Source: Thermoplasmata archaeon
GTDB taxonomy: Archaea > Thermoplasmatota > Thermoplasmata > Lutacidiplasmatales > UBA184
Length of the DNA: 64,000 nt
Assembly (NCBI GenBank): GCA_052325545.1
Contig: JBKQUP010000013.1
Location: 7,692-71,691, forward strand
Direction of reading: 5' to 3'
Part shown: positions 17,356-25,980 of the stretch, piece after piece
How positions within the stretch are numbered: the first letter of the stretch is position 1
Layout: every line of letters starts with the position of its first letter
Notes under the pieces: generated by a model
What the model saw: only the letters and a program-made list of their open reading frames with translations
What the model was told of the DNA's origin: nothing
The model's database searches: none
Position numbers and translations under genes: made by a program

Positions 17356-17976
17356 CTACTCCACGGGGGTCATCGACCGTTCGCTCGGATGCCAGGCGAA
17401 CCCCTTCCAGGGAGCGGGAAGGTCCCAGTCGAAGGCGCTGATCGTCGTGAGGAGGAATTCGCGCGTCAGCCCGAGACGGGCCAGTTCGTCCCCGACCCTC
17501 GCCCGCCACCGCTCGGTCGCTTCCTCCACCGAGGCGGCACCCAACGGAGCGGGGTAATCCGGGTAGATGACGAGAACGGTCAGAAGGGCTCCGGAGTTCA
17601 CGACCGAGGGAATGTCGTGGTCCACGACCGAGTCCGCGGCCACCTTGACCTCTCGGATGGCGACCGCCGGCCGGTCGGGGACGCCATGCCAGAACCACAT
17701 CAGCTGCGGGATGTCGGTCCAGCCGGGCGCCTGGACGAGGCCGAAGTCCCGGGCGAGTGACCCGAGGAACGCGGCGAAGGTCCGGTTCCATTCCTCATAG
17801 GTGTACTCGGGGCGGTTGGGGGGAAGGCTCCCCGGACCCGCCACGAATCGACGGTGCCGCTCGTAGAAGAGCCCGAGGGCCGTTCGGGGGTCGTTCGCCG
17901 CTTCGTCGAACTGCGACCGGAACCGGGCGAGCCATTCCTTGGCGTAGATGACGGTGGAGGGAGGGTCGTCGCTCAT
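17356..17976 (-). CDS. Hypothetical protein (possible PD-(D/E)xK-like core)
   Basis: The length is 206 aa and no family was recognised. The segment GVPDRPAVAIREVKV resembles a PD..ExK nuclease motif. This is inference only. Confidence 0.45.
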   Translation of the reverse strand: MSDDPPSTVIYAKEWLARFRSQFDEAANDPRTALGLFYERHRRFVAGPGSLPPNRPEYTYEEWNRTFAAFLGSLARDFGLVQAPGWTDIPQLMWFWHGVPDRPAVAIREVKVAADSVVDHDIPSVVNSGALLTVLVIYPDYPAPLGAASVEEATERWRARVGDELARLGLTREFLLTTISAFDWDLPAPWKGFAWHPSERSMTPVE

Positions 17977-18316
17977 CGGGTCCCGTGGAGCTCACGAACC
18001 CCGGTCGCTCCGGTTCGATTCCTCGACATCTACCAAAAGGGGCTTCGGGCCGGAGCTTTAGACATTCGGTCCTCAGGAGAGGAGGTTTCCGGGAGCTCCC
18101 CATTCGATTTCCGTGGCCGGATAGCGGCCACCGGACGCCGAAGCCATGCGCGGCGCCTCCGGCCGAGGGACTCCCCGGTGAATTCCACGGAAGTGCGGAG
18201 TGCGACCCCAGCCGAAGGGACCCCGCCCGACGGAAACCGGACCGCCTTCCTCGCATCCTGTCGCGAGCGAAGGCGAGCGTGCGGGTTTCCGATGGGGTTC
18301 TACCGACCACCCCGAC

Positions 18317-19117
18317 CTAGGCCGAGGCCTTCTCGATCTCGGCTCCCGCTTCCCGGTACCAGGGAAGCTGCTCCGAGGAGAACGTCGCACCCGTCCGGAA
18401 CTCCCCCGACGGAAGGCCCTTCTCGACCGCGAGGTGGGCCGTTCGCCACTCTTCCGTGGACTCGACGTTCAGTCGCAAGACGATGTTGAAGCCGTGACGA
18501 CCTTCGTAGGGAGGCGGGATCGAGGTGGTGATCATCGAGAAACCGTTCCGGGGGAACACGTCCGTGTACGCCCGAAGGCGGTCCGGGTTGACCGGATAGA
18601 ACTGGCGAACCCGGTTCGTGTTCGCGACCACGACGACCCGAGGGCCCGGGGGATTGTCGCTCTCGTCGAGGATCAGTTGGAGTCGCTGCGGCAGGAGGAA
18701 GAAGTGGTCGAGCGCCGTCCGTTCCGCCACGGCGCCCTCGGGGCGGATCAGGGAATCGAACGTCCCTCTCGGGACCCGGGGCTCCGTGACGAACTCTGCG
18801 TCCGAGAACGGCGGGATGATGCGGGCCTTGGGGAGAAGGCGCTCTACCCAGGCCTCCTCGACCGAGGGCTCCGTCGCCAGCTCTCGGATGGTCATCCACC
18901 GAAACGCCGGGTCCGCGAACTTGGCGATCGCGTAGGCCAGTACGTGACCCGCTCGGCGGCTCCGGCTCCATACGTAGTAGGAGAAGGGGGTAGTGCGAAA
19001 CTCGCGGGGAAGGTCGACCATTTTCCCGGTGTGGGTCCGACCTCGTACTTCATCGGCGGGCGGCCTCATAAACCCTGTCGGTCGCGCTCGAGTGGATTCG
19101 GGGGCGTCCCAGCGCAC
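18317..19117 (-). CDS. Uncharacterised protein, paralog B (distant paralog of 11530..12423)
   Basis: See the by-eye alignment under 11530..12423. An alternative start exists at ATG 19021 (MVDLPREF). The conserved region begins after that Met. Confidence 0.6.
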   Translation of the reverse strand: MRWDAPESTRARPTGFMRPPADEVRGRTHTGKMVDLPREFRTTPFSYYVWSRSRRAGHVLAYAIAKFADPAFRWMTIRELATEPSVEEAWVERLLPKARIIPPFSDAEFVTEPRVPRGTFDSLIRPEGAVAERTALDHFFLLPQRLQLILDESDNPPGPRVVVVANTNRVRQFYPVNPDRLRAYTDVFPRNGFSMITTSIPPPYEGRHGFNIVLRLNVESTEEWRTAHLAVEKGLPSGEFRTGATFSSEQLPWYREAGAEIEKASA

Positions 19118-19224
19118 CGCCCAGCCTCGACGCAGGCCGCCGGAGGCGGACCCTTCCTCCCGGCGCTCTGCTCCGGTCTTCCCGTGGTGCGGGGGCGGCG
19201 GTGTCGAGCGGGTTTGACGGGGAG

Positions 19225-19230
19225 TTTATT
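19225..19230 (+). promoter_or_regulatory. TATA-like box for asnA (probable leaderless transcript)
   Basis: TTTATT lies at 19225-19230, 25-30 nt upstream of the ATG at 19255. Confidence 0.45.
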
Positions 19231-19254
19231 CCCGTGCACTCCGCCCTATCGGCG

Positions 19255-20403
19255 ATGACGGTCACTGACGTCGCCCAGAACAAGAGGGCCGACCTCGCCG
19301 GCCCGGGAATTGGCACGTACGAAGAGGTCGACCGCGTGCTGCCCGGGGACTACGAGCCGCTCCTTTCCCCGCGTCAGACCCAACACGCCATCTACGCGGT
19401 GAAGAGCTACATCGAGGAGCACCTGTGCAAGGAGCTCAACCTGATGATGGTCCAGGTGCCGCTCATCGTGGAGACCGAGAGCGGTGTCAACGACATGCTC
19501 GACCGGGACGGCTCCCGGACGCCGATCCAGTTCCATATCTCGAACGACCGCGACCTCCACCCGGTGGATGCTCAGGTCGTGCAGGCGGCGACCAAGTGGA
19601 AGCGGATGGCCCTGAAGCAGTTCGACCTTCAATCCGGCGAGGGGCTCATCACCGACATGCGGGCCGTCCGGAAGGACTACTTCCTGGACCACGACCACAG
19701 CGCGTACGTCGACCAGTGGGACTGGGAGAAGGCGATCACGGTCGAGGACCGGAACCTCGATTACCTCAAGGACACGGTGCGGCGCATCTGGAAGGTCATC
19801 ACCGGGGCCCAGAAGCACGTCCAGCGGCTCTTCCCGCAGCTCAAGGACCCGCGCTATCCGAACCTGCCCGACGACATCTACTTCCTGCACACGGAAGACC
19901 TCCTGGACACCTACCCGGACCTTCCCCGAAAGCAGCGCGAGACCGCGATCCTGCAGAAGCACCCAGCGGTGTTCCTCATCGGGATCGGCTGGCCGCTCAA
20001 GGACGGGTACCCCCACGAGATGCGGGCCGCCGACTACGACGACTGGGTCACCGAGACCCGCTCGGAGGACGGGCGACCGATGCACGGCCTCAACGGGGAC
20101 ATCCTCGTCTGGAACCCCGTGACCCGGCGCCGCCACGAGCTCATGAGCGGGGGCATCCGAGTGACCGCCGAGACCCTCCGTCAGCAGCTCTCGATGTCGA
20201 ACCAGCTCGATTTCCTCAAGTTCCCGTACCACCAGGCGATCCTGAACGGGCAGATCCCGCTCAGCATCGGAAGCGGGATCGGCCAGGGCCGGACCCAGAT
20301 GCTCCTCCTCCGCAAGGCCCACATCGGAGAGGTCACCGTCACGGTGTGGCCGAAGAAGCTGAGGGAGATCAGCGCGCAGCACAACATCCACGTGCTGACG
20401 TAA
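19255..20403 (+). CDS. asnA: Aspartate--ammonia ligase (asparagine synthetase A)
   Basis: The sequence is collinear with E. coli AsnA motifs as recalled: ATKWKRMAL.., SAYVDQWDWEKAI, FLHTEDLL..YPDL, RAADYDDW, GLNGDILVWNP, IGSGIGQGRTQMLLL..HIGEV. The start was chosen at ATG 19255 (MTVTD). The track ORF starts at GTG 19201. Confidence 0.9.
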   Translation: MTVTDVAQNKRADLAGPGIGTYEEVDRVLPGDYEPLLSPRQTQHAIYAVKSYIEEHLCKELNLMMVQVPLIVETESGVNDMLDRDGSRTPIQFHISNDRDLHPVDAQVVQAATKWKRMALKQFDLQSGEGLITDMRAVRKDYFLDHDHSAYVDQWDWEKAITVEDRNLDYLKDTVRRIWKVITGAQKHVQRLFPQLKDPRYPNLPDDIYFLHTEDLLDTYPDLPRKQRETAILQKHPAVFLIGIGWPLKDGYPHEMRAADYDDWVTETRSEDGRPMHGLNGDILVWNPVTRRRHELMSGGIRVTAETLRQQLSMSNQLDFLKFPYHQAILNGQIPLSIGSGIGQGRTQMLLLRKAHIGEVTVTVWPKKLREISAQHNIHVLT

Positions 20404-20512
20404 ACGACCGGCCCGAGGCGGACCCGATTCCCCCCACGCCACCTGCTGTCCCCCGGAGCTCGGCGCCCTGAACCGTTATCAAGCCCCGGCGACCATCCCG
20501 GCGGGAACGACC

Positions 20513-21211
20513 ATGGGGATCCCCGCTCCGACCGTCGCGCGCCTCCTCCGCGAGGGGGAGGAGCATCGCTGTGACGGTCCTCCCGAAGACTGCGTGCGGG
20601 TCCGGGCGCTCGCGAAGCTTCCCACGCGCTTCGGTGAGTACCAGGCCGTGGCGTTCGAGAACTGCCTCGACCGGCAGGACCACGCGGCGTTCGTCCACGG
20701 GGACGTGGTCGACCAGGAAGATGTCCCCGTTCGAGTGCACTCCGAGTGCCTCACGGGGGATGCGATCGGTTCGCTCCGCTGCGATTGCCGGGACCAGCTG
20801 CTCGAATCGCTGTCCCGCATCGGGCAGATGGACCGCGGGGTCGTCCTCTACCTGCGTCAGGAAGGCCGCGGCATCGGCTTCGTCAACAAGATCCGCGCCT
20901 ACCAGCTCCAGGACTCCGGGTACGACACCGTCCAGGCGAACGAGCTGCTCGGCTTCCGCCCCGACGAGCGGGACTACGAGATCGCGGCCCACATGCTCTC
21001 GGCGCTCCACGTCCGCTCGATCCAGATCCTGACGAACAACCCGGCGAAGGTCCAGGACCTCGAGCGGCACGGTGTTCGCATCTCCGGCCGGATCCCGGTC
21101 GAGATCGCACCGAACGAGATCAACCGTCCCTACCTGGAGACGAAGCGCGACCGGATGGGCCACCTGCTCGAGGTCGAGCAGGACGACGACCTCTCCGGGT
21201 TCCCGAAGTAG
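20513..21211 (+). CDS. ribA: GTP cyclohydrolase II
   Basis: RVHSECLTGDAIGSLRCDCRDQL, YLRQEGRGIGFVNKIRAYQLQD.GYDTV.AN and ILTNNPAKV are canonical RibA motifs. Confidence 0.9.
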   Translation: MGIPAPTVARLLREGEEHRCDGPPEDCVRVRALAKLPTRFGEYQAVAFENCLDRQDHAAFVHGDVVDQEDVPVRVHSECLTGDAIGSLRCDCRDQLLESLSRIGQMDRGVVLYLRQEGRGIGFVNKIRAYQLQDSGYDTVQANELLGFRPDERDYEIAAHMLSALHVRSIQILTNNPAKVQDLERHGVRISGRIPVEIAPNEINRPYLETKRDRMGHLLEVEQDDDLSGFPK

Positions 21212-21341
21212 GGTACCGCCGGCTCGAGCATCGCGGGACCCCATTCCCGCCGAGAAAACCCCTGAGAACAAGAGGCACCCCGGACCGGACCGGCCCGGGG
21301 GAGAGGAAAGGGTTGCTTTCGCAGTCCGGTTTGACCTTGCC

Positions 21342-24300
21342 TTAGCTCGGGGGTGAGGCTCCGGGGGGCGGTCCCTCGCTCCAGGTGCCCGCGCCGGCGG
21401 AGGGCGCGGACCCACCGGTCGTCGATTCGGCCGCCGGCGGGGGTGTCCACGGCTGCGGAGCTCCCGGCGGCGGGGGCGTCTTCTGCTCGCGTCGGCGGTG
21501 CAGGAACAGGGCCAGGAGACCGAGCACGAGCGCGATTACCGCGAGCGCGATGGCCACCGCGAACCACGTGTTGAACGTGTTCGTGGAGACGTACGAGGTC
21601 GTCGAGGTGAACGAGACCGGCACATTGTAGGTGGTCGGACCCGTCACCGTCAGGGTGCCCGTCGTCGGGGTCGTGTCATACCCTCCGAGCGGTCCGATGT
21701 AGTAGGTGTAGGTGCCCATCGGCTCCGAGAACGTGACGGTCGTGGTGTTCGAGGTGATCGTGACACCTCCCAGCGTCACCGACCAGGTCGTTCCCGAGGA
21801 AAGCCCGCTCGCCACGAAGGTGACGGTGAACATCTCCTGCGGTCCGATCGGGAACAGGTCCGCCGTGCTCCCCGTGATGATGTACGGAGCGAGGTACCCG
21901 TTCGACCCGTAGGTGTGCCAGTCCGCCCAGTAGTTTCCGACGCCGGACGCGCAGAGCGCGCTCGTGCAGGTGTTGAAGTTGTTGTCGATCTCCGACCACG
22001 CCTGGACGTGCGCCGCGTTGTAGGTGGAGATCGCCCCGTTATCCCCGACAAAGTTGTTGCCGGTGACCATGTTGCCGTCCCCAACGAAGATCGCGACCCC
22101 AAAGCTGGTGTCATCTACGAACGAGCTGCCGGTCACGTAGTTGTCATTCGCGCCGCTCTCCTCGTCGCCCGATTGCAGGAGGAGCCCGATCCAGTCCTTG
22201 TACGCGCCGAGGCCATTGACGTAGCTGTTGTAGGTCGCATTGAAGACCATCCCGTACTGGTCCGAGGTGGCGTTGACGGTGCTCACCTGGAGACCGTCGG
22301 AATAGACGTCAAACAGCGCCGCACCGTAGTTCGTCGCGACCACGTTGGAGATCCCCGTCGCTTCGGTGTACTCCGTCACGACCGCTGCGAGCGGAAGGCC
22401 GAAGTAGAAGAGTTGGACCGAGTAGAGAGCGCTCGGGGTCGTGTCGGACGCGGTGACGTTGCTCACCGAAATGAAGTCCGACCCATAGACATAGACACCC
22501 ACGGAATTGGTCGTCGCCGAGACCCCGTTGACCGTGTCCTGGCTCGTTTCGTAGATATAGCTGCCGAGCGAGAGGTTCGAGGCCGAGGTGTGGGACATCG
22601 TGACGGACATAGAGTCCTCGATCTCCGCTCCGACCGTCGAACCGTTGGCCGAGATCCCCGAGAGCTTGACGTCACTCGCCTCATAGACCCCGACGCCGAG
22701 GGAGGCGTTCGTTGCCACGAGGTTCGAGACGGTCCCGTTCGTGAATCCGTACTCGAGCGACACGGCCAACGAATCGTCGGCCTTCAGGTTCGAGATCGTC
22801 GCGTTCGCGCCGCCTTGGAGGCCGATGCCCGGGTCCGTGAAGTCGGAGAACGACGCCGTAGTGACCGTCGTGTCGTTCACTCCGTAACCGAAGACCCCAG
22901 CGGTATCGAGGTAGCCCTCGGCGTTGACGGTGATGTTCGTCACCGTGAGTCCGATGCCGCCCACGAGGTAGGCGCCATCCGCGATCGCGCCCACCTGCAG
23001 TTGGCGGAGGGTCGTCGCGTTCGCCCAGAAGCCATAGAACCCGTCGGCCTCGTACGACGCGTTCAGGTACGTGAACGTCCCGGCCGTGCCTCCCTCGTCA
23101 AAGATGGCCGTGGCGTCGTCGTACGATGAGTCGTTCCATCCCACCGCTCCCGTCGAGGCGATGACACTGAAGGCGGCGGCGCCATCGGTGGCGTTCGAAT
23201 TCATGACTTTCGTGTTCGTGGCGGCCGAGGCCCATATCCCGAAGGAGTCGTTCGTCGACGTGATGTCGTTCGCGACGACGTTGGTGGTATTCCAGAGCGA
23301 GACTGCGCCGCCGGTCACCACTTCGGCGTTGGTGAAGAACCCGGGGAGCTGGAGGTCGGTGAAAGTGTCGTTAACCCCGTCGTAGTCCACGAACTCCTGG
23401 CCCGCGTGCGGGAGGTTGTAGTCCGTCCCATACCAGTTGTAAAGGGTATACCCATCGAAGTTGGGTCCCTGGACCACGTTATCCACCGCAAGCGGCGAGG
23501 TGACACCCGTAGCGTAGAACAGGTTGAACAACGGGAATGCAAGATCGTTCAAAAGATTGAACGGTTGGCCGACGTCCACGACCAGGTTCTTGAACGTGTA
23601 CGGGACGGTCGCGGACCCATCGATCGCCTTCGCGAGGGCCGTCGCCTGTGCCTCGCCGTTCATGTACAGGGGCGCGTACAGGCTCCCATGCGAGCTCGTC
23701 ATCGTGATGGCGTAGCTCGTCTGGCCGGTCGTGAAGTTCGCGCCGGTATAGTTCGCGTACTCCGCGGCGTAGGCGGCGACCGTGTAGCTCGCCGAACCGG
23801 GGATCGACGGAGGGAGGTAGGTGCTGACGATCCCGAGGGCGTTGGACGGTGCCCACATCTGGTCGGCCGGGAGCCCCGAGATGTTCTCACCGATGAACGC
23901 GAACGCGTAGATCGGCGACAAAGTGCCCGTGAACTGGATCGAGCCGCTGGGGACACCGACCGTCGCTGTGTTTGTTCCCCAGAGCCCGTAAAGGAGCGAC
24001 GGTCCCTGGTTGAAGTACGCCGTGGTGCCGGACCAGTAGGCGGCGACCCCGGTCGCCGTCTCCCCCGTGTTCCCACCATAGTCGTAGGCGGCGGGAACGC
24101 TCGTCCATGCCGTGGAACCCGTGGGGAGGTACTGTAGGGTCATCTGCGCGCTCGCGGCCGTGATGACCGCATTGGAGCCGTCTCCCGGACCGGAGAAGAC
24201 CATCTCGGCGTCAAAGAGGAGTTCGAATGGGTTGTAGTTGAAGCCATTGACCTGGAACTGGGGGTTGAGCAGCGGCTCATTGTTCGGGGAGTTGAAGATG

Positions 24301-25334
24301 ACGGTGTCGTAGACCCCCGTGTACACCTTCCCGTTCCCGTCCACGAGCCGGTAGCCGAAGGAGACCGCAGAGCGGCCGTCGATGATCGAGGCGTTGTTGT
24401 AGAGATGGAGTACCACCGGGTACACTACCGGGAACGACGGTCCGATGTCGTAGTAGTAGTAGTACGGAACGAGCACACCACTCGCCGAGTAGATCGTGCC
24501 GGGGGTCATGTCGGCGTCCGAGGAGGAGAAGTTCCAGACGTTGTCGATGAACTGGACCGAGTTACCAGTAAAGTCGGGCACGTTCTGGGTCCAAAAGACG
24601 CCTGAGCCCAGAGGGAACGCGGTCGAGCCAGGGACGGTGATGTTCTGGACCACCGTGTTGAGCTGGATTCCCCAGTCGTAGGGGTTGCCGGCCTCGCTCG
24701 CGGGGTTGCCGCTCCAGTAGTATTGACCCGTGTTTTCGTAGAGACTGCCGGCGGTGGCGTTAAGACTCGCCAGGGTCGTCGTGCCTTCGATCGCGGACGT
24801 GTTGTATTCGTAAGGGGTCGTTCCGAGCCCAATGTCGGCAATCCCCATCGGGGCCGGGGCCTGGGGGTAGGTCGGAGCGACTGGGAGGGATGGCGCGGCG
24901 GTCTTGCCGAGGAGGAAATTGAGGTTGGGTAGAATCGCGGCATCGGCCGGAATGGCGCCGCTCTGGACGCCCGCTGCGATGCCCTGGACCATGGCGATGG
25001 TCGAGGCTCTGGCCCCGCCGGCCTCAAGCTTCTGAATCTCGTTGGAAAGAGCGTTTGAAACGGCCGGGGCGGCCGAAGGGATGGTCGGTTTGGCGGCCGA
25101 TGTGGACTGGGAGGAGAACGGATTCTGGGCCGAAACGGGGGTTGCCCCGTTCGTCGGTGCCGCCGGCGATGCACCATAGGATGCCCCCGCGGCCGGCGCT
25201 GAAGCGCCGGAGGCCGAGGAAAGCCCGGAGTGCGACTGAAGGGTCGCGCTGGCGGGCAGTACCATTAGTGCGCAGACTATCACTACGATCGGCAGCAGCC
25301 AGATTGCTCTTCCACGCACGGACGACGGCAACAT
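21342..25334 (-). CDS. Giant surface protein with five parts: signal/anchor peptide, thermopsin (peptidase A5)-like domain, parallel beta-helix repeats, C-terminal TM helix and a Pro-rich tail
   Basis: The thermopsin-like blocks are APMGIADIGLG, WGIQLNTVV, FWTQNVPDF..VQFIDNVWNFSS, YYYYDIGPSFP and LFDAEMVFSGPGDGSN. A long region of about 22-aa periodic N/T/S/G/V repeats is typical of PbH1 beta-helices. A TFVASGLSSGTTWSVTLGG..GTYTYYIG module follows. The TM helix is WFAVAIALAVIALVLGLLALFL, then RRREQK plus a P-rich tail. The start at ATG 25334 (MLPSSVRGRAIWLLPIVVIVCALMVLPASA) is supported by a TATA-like box 29 nt upstream. Confidence 0.85.
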   Translation of the reverse strand: MLPSSVRGRAIWLLPIVVIVCALMVLPASATLQSHSGLSSASGASAPAAGASYGASPAAPTNGATPVSAQNPFSSQSTSAAKPTIPSAAPAVSNALSNEIQKLEAGGARASTIAMVQGIAAGVQSGAIPADAAILPNLNFLLGKTAAPSLPVAPTYPQAPAPMGIADIGLGTTPYEYNTSAIEGTTTLASLNATAGSLYENTGQYYWSGNPASEAGNPYDWGIQLNTVVQNITVPGSTAFPLGSGVFWTQNVPDFTGNSVQFIDNVWNFSSSDADMTPGTIYSASGVLVPYYYYYDIGPSFPVVYPVVLHLYNNASIIDGRSAVSFGYRLVDGNGKVYTGVYDTVIFNSPNNEPLLNPQFQVNGFNYNPFELLFDAEMVFSGPGDGSNAVITAASAQMTLQYLPTGSTAWTSVPAAYDYGGNTGETATGVAAYWSGTTAYFNQGPSLLYGLWGTNTATVGVPSGSIQFTGTLSPIYAFAFIGENISGLPADQMWAPSNALGIVSTYLPPSIPGSASYTVAAYAAEYANYTGANFTTGQTSYAITMTSSHGSLYAPLYMNGEAQATALAKAIDGSATVPYTFKNLVVDVGQPFNLLNDLAFPLFNLFYATGVTSPLAVDNVVQGPNFDGYTLYNWYGTDYNLPHAGQEFVDYDGVNDTFTDLQLPGFFTNAEVVTGGAVSLWNTTNVVANDITSTNDSFGIWASAATNTKVMNSNATDGAAAFSVIASTGAVGWNDSSYDDATAIFDEGGTAGTFTYLNASYEADGFYGFWANATTLRQLQVGAIADGAYLVGGIGLTVTNITVNAEGYLDTAGVFGYGVNDTTVTTASFSDFTDPGIGLQGGANATISNLKADDSLAVSLEYGFTNGTVSNLVATNASLGVGVYEASDVKLSGISANGSTVGAEIEDSMSVTMSHTSASNLSLGSYIYETSQDTVNGVSATTNSVGVYVYGSDFISVSNVTASDTTPSALYSVQLFYFGLPLAAVVTEYTEATGISNVVATNYGAALFDVYSDGLQVSTVNATSDQYGMVFNATYNSYVNGLGAYKDWIGLLLQSGDEESGANDNYVTGSSFVDDTSFGVAIFVGDGNMVTGNNFVGDNGAISTYNAAHVQAWSEIDNNFNTCTSALCASGVGNYWADWHTYGSNGYLAPYIITGSTADLFPIGPQEMFTVTFVASGLSSGTTWSVTLGGVTITSNTTTVTFSEPMGTYTYYIGPLGGYDTTPTTGTLTVTGPTTYNVPVSFTSTTSYVSTNTFNTWFAVAIALAVIALVLGLLALFLHRRREQKTPPPPGAPQPWTPPPAAESTTGGSAPSAGAGTWSEGPPPGASPPS

Positions 25335-25359
25335 ATCGACCGCGATGAGTAAGAGGTGG

Positions 25360-25366
25360 TATAGAA
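25360..25366 (-). promoter_or_regulatory. TATA-like box for the thermopsin-like surface protein gene
   Basis: The minus strand reads GGTTTCTATACC. The box centre lies about 29 nt upstream of the ATG at 25334. Confidence 0.45.
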
Positions 25367-25546
25367 ACCTTCCTGTCGTCAAAAGTCCCCTTCCACAGGA
25401 CGGCCCCCGGCGGCGGATGGGTCCCCCGAACTCGGCCCGGGACCTCATGGTTGGGTCGCCCGAGTGCCCCCGCGATATCGAACCGACCCCCGCTCGACGA
25501 ACGGCCCGACGTCCTTCTTTTCTCCTTTCGCACGTGTCCCGTCGTC

Positions 25547-25924
25547 ATGCCGCGACCCATAGGAGCCGGGGTCCTCACGATCCTCGGTGGGTTCTTCATC
25601 CTGATCGGAGGCCTCGCCTTCGCAGTGATCGGCGCCATCCTCGCGTTCGTGGGGTTCCGTAGCGAGATCTTCTTCCTCGGGCTCGGGGTGGGGCTCCTCA
25701 CGATCATCATCGGGTTCCTGATGATCGCGGTCCCCGCTGCACATGTGGTCTGGGGCGCCCTCGCGATCATCTTCGCCCTCGTGAGCATCGCGGTCGCGCT
25801 CGGGGGATTCGTCGTGGGCTTCCTGTTGACCCTGATCGGGGGCATCCTGGCCCTGACGTGGAAGCCTCCGGTCGACCGAGTCATCACCGTCGAGGCGCGT
25901 TCGGTTCCTCCGCCCCCCGGGTAG
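25547..25924 (+). CDS. Small integral membrane protein (4 TM helices)
   Basis: MPRPIGAGVLTILGGFFILIGGLAFAVIGAILAFVGF..LGLGVGLLTIIIGFLMIAV..WGALAIIFALVSIAVALGGFVVGFLLTLIGGILAL. The track ORF starts at 25451, but the hydrophobic core begins after ATG 25547. Confidence 0.55.
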   Translation: MPRPIGAGVLTILGGFFILIGGLAFAVIGAILAFVGFRSEIFFLGLGVGLLTIIIGFLMIAVPAAHVVWGALAIIFALVSIAVALGGFVVGFLLTLIGGILALTWKPPVDRVITVEARSVPPPPG

Positions 25925-25980
25925 CGGTCGGACCAGGACGCGGTCCGACTCGGGGGGTTCCGCCGTCCAGGAGAGAGGCC

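Noticed and set aside
17944-18035. A tRNA-like fragment: GGTTCGATTCC (T-loop-like) plus GTAGATG...CATCTAC-CA (a possible acceptor pairing)
   Set aside because: No consistent T stem, D arm or anticodon arm can be drawn. The 5' part lies inside the start of CDS 17356..17976. I treat it as coincidence or, at most, a degraded remnant. No integrase or matching direct repeat supports an att site.
21498-23129. Long antisense ORFs opposite the large genes: 21498..23129, 23406..24137, 38745..40619, 43331..45184, 50828..53671 and 54842..56368
   Set aside because: All are Arg/Asp/Gly/Val/His-rich with no recognisable motifs. All lie opposite genes with strong homology signatures (thermopsin-like, surface protein, LonB, UvrA, TopA).
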